From an uncultured delta proteobacterium (GTDB lineage Bacteria > Desulfobacterota > Syntrophobacteria > BM002): a stretch of DNA of 64,000 nucleotides. This document shows, piece by piece, positions 60,712 through 64,000 of the stretch; position 1 is the stretch's first letter; each line of letters opens with the position of its first letter. The notes below the pieces were generated by a model. It worked only from the letters and a program-made list of their open reading frames with translations. It did not search any database and had not been told where the DNA came from. The DNA is taken from NCBI GenBank assembly GCA_963712115.1, contig CAVQGX010000030.1, positions 96,001 through 160,000 on the forward strand. Reading direction: 5' to 3'. Made by a program: the position numbers and the translations under genes.

Positions 60712-63159
60712 ATGGACAGCCAATCTCTTCGTGTCCTTGAGTTTCAACATATCCAAAGCTTTCTACAGTCACTTGCCCTCACTGGACCTGGACGGCAAGC
60801 AGTGGCGCATGTCCGTCCCATAACGGACAAAGAGCAAATCCAGGTCTTGCTCGACCAAGTAACAGAACTCAAGGAATATCTGCAAATCGGTAATTCGCTG
60901 CCCCTCGGAGGCATTCATGAACTTGTTAGTACCATTGAGCAAGTGAGTGGTTCCGGGCAATCGTTGCAGCCTGCTGAGCTCCTTGACGTGGCTGAGACCT
61001 TGAGAGCGACTAGTACACTGCAGCAGTTGGTGAGCCGCTGCGAGGCACAGTATGGCAGACTGGCAGATCTCCTGGGGAATCTGGAGCCGATACCGGAGTT
61101 GGAAAGGAAGATCAGTCGAGCTATTGATCATCGAGGTCAAATAAAAGACGGAGCTAGTCAAGAACTTGGGCGAATCAGAAAAGAGATTGGCGATGTGCGC
61201 AAGCGTCTCCATGAAGAGCTCGAAGAAGTTTTGGAAAAGCAGGCTTCCCAGAAGACGCTACAGGAGAAGCTAATTAGCGTTCGCAACGACCGGCTGGTAA
61301 TTCCTCTCCGCAGTGGTGCCAAAGGGGCGCTAGAGGGTATTGTGCACGCTACTTCCCACAGTGGTGCCACCTGCTTTGTAGAACCGCTCTCTGCTGTACC
61401 TCTCAACAACCGACTCAGTCAAGCCCGGAGTCGCGAACGGGAAGAGGAAGCACGAATCCTCCGGGAATTGACCGACGCTGTGTTGGCAGCTGCAGAAGTT
61501 ATCCGACACAACGAGAGCTGGTTGGGATTCATAGACTGTGTACATGCCAAGGTCCGCTTGAGCACTCTTCTCATTGCTCGTGCCCCCCAGATTGACGACG
61601 GTGGCAGGATACGACTACTTCAGGCTTCCCATCCCATTTTAGCTTTGCAGGAAGGGGCCCAGAAGACCTCTTCATTACCCTCTGCGCTGACTGAAGTAGT
61701 CTTGGGGGCTGAAGTATCTGAAAGGAGCAAATCCGAGCAGACAGAGGTTGTGCCAATAGACCTCTACCTCGATGAAGATCAAAAGACCATGATAATCAGC
61801 GGTGCGAACACTGGAGGTAAGACTGTATCTTTGAAAACCCTTGGTCTTTTAGGTGCTATGGTGCAGGCCGGGCTACACATTCCAGTGGCTGAGGGTAGCG
61901 AATGGCCGGTGCTGACGAATATATTTGCCGAAATTGGTGACGAACAAGACGTGCGGGCCCATCTGAGTACGTTTTCAGCCAGAATCCAGAGATTGGTGAC
62001 AATGTTGAAAAAGGTTGACCGTCGCTCTCTTGTGCTGCTCGATGAAATCGGAACTGGCACTGATCCAGCGGAAGGTGCTGGCCTTGCGTTGGCCCTGCTG
62101 GATCAACTCAGGAAACAGGGGCCCTTTGTTATGGTTACAACCCACTACCACCTTATTAAGGCATACGGCATGCTCCATGAAGAGGTGGAAAACGTTTCAG
62201 TGGCCTTTGATGAAAAGAGTGGGCGTCCCACCTATCAGTTGATTTATGGTCATCCTGGAACCAGTAATGCCCTACAGATAGCCGCCGACCTCGGCATGCC
62301 CTCGAACATTTTGGAGACAGCCCGAGGCTATGTCGATAAAGACGAGAGTAGAGCAATTGATTTGATTCGAGAACTGACTGATACTTTGAGGAGGACCAAG
62401 ACCGAAGAAGAGCACTTGAGATCACAGCGACGGAAGTTGGAACTTGCGCAGGATGAATTGGTGCAACAGCGAAGCCGGCTTGTCGAGTCTCGTGAGAGGA
62501 TTTTAAGCGAACTGCGGGAGCAAGGTGGGGAGTTAATCGAAGGGGCCGAAAAAGAGCTGAAATCAGCCATTGCCCTTTTACAGAAAGCCGGCATGCGAGA
62601 GGCGATGGGGGTTCGTAAGAGGGTTAGGGAGGTCAAAAAAGAGCTGCGGTCCGCACTGAAATCACAAGCACAGCCAGAGTATAGGGGGGTGAAACCTTCT
62701 GCGGAAGGGCAGTTGGTTCGTCTGCGCGGTCTTGGCTCCAGTGGAACCCTTGTTAAAATAAAAGACCAAGGACGTCGCGCAGAAGTGCAAGTGGGCCCGA
62801 AGCGGGTGGAAGTGGACATGGAGGTCCTTGAACTCTTGACAACTGAGCAGGGTGAAGACAGCAGAACAACAAGGATGAACGGGATTAGAATATTTCGTGA
62901 GGAACCTGAGACCTGTCAGCAGCGATTGCACTTGGTGGGGCTCAGGGTGGAAGAGGCACTTCCTCTACTGGATAAAGCGATTGATCGGGCGCTTATGGAT
63001 GGTTGCAGCCAAATTCACGTAGTTCATGGACACGGCACCGGAAAGCTGCGCAAGGCGGTGCAAGACTTCCTCAGTGACCATTCCGTGGTCAAAGGGTTTC
63101 ATCCTGAAAACCAGAGCGCTGGAGGCACCGGGGTTACAGTGGTTGAGCTCAAGGACTGA
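60712..63159 (+). CDS. mutS2: MutS2 with Smr domain
   Basis: SGANTGGKT, IGDEQ, LSTFS, LLDEIGTGTDP, TTHY; Smr HGHGTGKL..GGTGVT. Confidence 0.95.
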   Translation: MDSQSLRVLEFQHIQSFLQSLALTGPGRQAVAHVRPITDKEQIQVLLDQVTELKEYLQIGNSLPLGGIHELVSTIEQVSGSGQSLQPAELLDVAETLRATSTLQQLVSRCEAQYGRLADLLGNLEPIPELERKISRAIDHRGQIKDGASQELGRIRKEIGDVRKRLHEELEEVLEKQASQKTLQEKLISVRNDRLVIPLRSGAKGALEGIVHATSHSGATCFVEPLSAVPLNNRLSQARSREREEEARILRELTDAVLAAAEVIRHNESWLGFIDCVHAKVRLSTLLIARAPQIDDGGRIRLLQASHPILALQEGAQKTSSLPSALTEVVLGAEVSERSKSEQTEVVPIDLYLDEDQKTMIISGANTGGKTVSLKTLGLLGAMVQAGLHIPVAEGSEWPVLTNIFAEIGDEQDVRAHLSTFSARIQRLVTMLKKVDRRSLVLLDEIGTGTDPAEGAGLALALLDQLRKQGPFVMVTTHYHLIKAYGMLHEEVENVSVAFDEKSGRPTYQLIYGHPGTSNALQIAADLGMPSNILETARGYVDKDESRAIDLIRELTDTLRRTKTEEEHLRSQRRKLELAQDELVQQRSRLVESRERILSELREQGGELIEGAEKELKSAIALLQKAGMREAMGVRKRVREVKKELRSALKSQAQPEYRGVKPSAEGQLVRLRGLGSSGTLVKIKDQGRRAEVQVGPKRVEVDMEVLELLTTEQGEDSRTTRMNGIRIFREEPETCQQRLHLVGLRVEEALPLLDKAIDRALMDGCSQIHVVHGHGTGKLRKAVQDFLSDHSVVKGFHPENQSAGGTGVTVVELKD

Positions 63160-63409
63160 GCGCTTTGAGCTCAGTCCACACACTAAGCACTTATAAAAGT
63201 ATAAGATAACCATTTGATAAAATTATTTAAAATAGTTTTGATTTGAAAAACTAGTTTAAGTTTGTTGATGCAAATTAAATGGCTTGATTTTGGCGGATGG
63301 AACCAACATCTCTAAGCTTTTGACTAATTTTTTAAGCAGTGCTTGTTGCCGAGTTATTAGTGCCTACTGCCTAGTGTTTAGTGCCTAGTGGACAAAGTGG
63401 GGACCAAAA

Positions 63410-64000
63410 GTGGGTCGAATCAATCGAGAGGTAATTGAAGAGGTCAGAGCCAGTGCCAACATAGTTGATGTGGTGGGCTCTTATGTAGCTCTCCGCAAGA
63501 GGGGCAAGAATTATCTCGGCAATTGTCCATTTCATTCTGAAAAAGAGCCGTCGTTCACTGTGAGTAACGAGAAGCAGATTTTTCACTGCTTCGGCTGTGG
63601 CGCCAGCGGCAGTGTTTTCGATTTCGTCATGCGGACGCGAAATCTCACCTTTGCCGAGGCCGTGAAAGAGTTGGCTAATCGTTTTGGTATTCCTCTACCC
63701 CAGGAAAAAGATACACCTCAGGCAAAGAAGATCCGTGAGATGGCGGAGCGGTTGCGTCAGCTTAATAGCCTGGCAGCCAGTTATTTTAACCGAAGTTTGC
63801 TGGATAGAAGTTCTGGGAAGATAGCCCGAGAATACTTGCGAAGTCGAGGTATGGGCGATGAAACTATCCAGGATTTCCAGCTAGGTTATGCTCCCAAGAG
63901 TTGGGACGGCCTGAAACGCTTTCTTATAAGAGAAAAAGTTGATCTGAAAGTGGCGGCTCAGGCGGGGCTATTGGTGCAGAAATCTGAGGGGGACAGTTAT
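63410..64000 (+). CDS. dnaG: DNA primase (3' partial; absent from the ORF track)
   Basis: GTG start; NCPFHSEKEPSF..FHCFGCGASG CHC2 zinc finger; YLRSRG..FQLGYAP. Confidence 0.93.
   Translation, partial: MGRINREVIEEVRASANIVDVVGSYVALRKRGKNYLGNCPFHSEKEPSFTVSNEKQIFHCFGCGASGSVFDFVMRTRNLTFAEAVKELANRFGIPLPQEKDTPQAKKIREMAERLRQLNSLAASYFNRSLLDRSSGKIAREYLRSRGMGDETIQDFQLGYAPKSWDGLKRFLIREKVDLKVAAQAGLLVQKSEGDSY

Overview
Chromosomal segment of about 50% GC. Gene content and order (ispG-proS-relA, yqeY-mutS2-dnaG, several sigma54 promoters) suggest a Desulfobacterota/deltaproteobacterium; this is inference. It holds about 50 CDSs, mostly housekeeping or metabolic, plus an RND pump, an OPT/PqqD transporter cluster, a lexA-imuB-dnaE2 mutagenesis cassette and one IS110-family element. 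The main unexplained signal is intergenic. Most intergenic spaces are built from nested inverted pairs of degenerate 7-9 bp repeat arrays belonging to more than 10 motif families. Three intact and one decayed four-helix-bundle (23S rRNA IVP/bAvd-like) genes are interleaved in the SOS cassette, and each is bracketed by an inverted arm pair of its own motif family. Gene-less copies of the same arms occur elsewhere: one is exactly colinear with a gene-bearing cassette and one sits inside a MITE. Together these point to a candidate system of four-helix-bundle/short-repeat cassettes. The IS110 sits in one of the heptamer arrays and its 3' non-coding region carries matches to that target and to its own end, consistent with a bridge RNA. 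Also seen: a candidate direct-repeat LexA operator, an rpsU pseudogene, a double zinc-finger thioredoxin and a small basic ORF missed by the ORF track. No rRNA, tRNA or CRISPR array was recognised. All alignments were done by eye.
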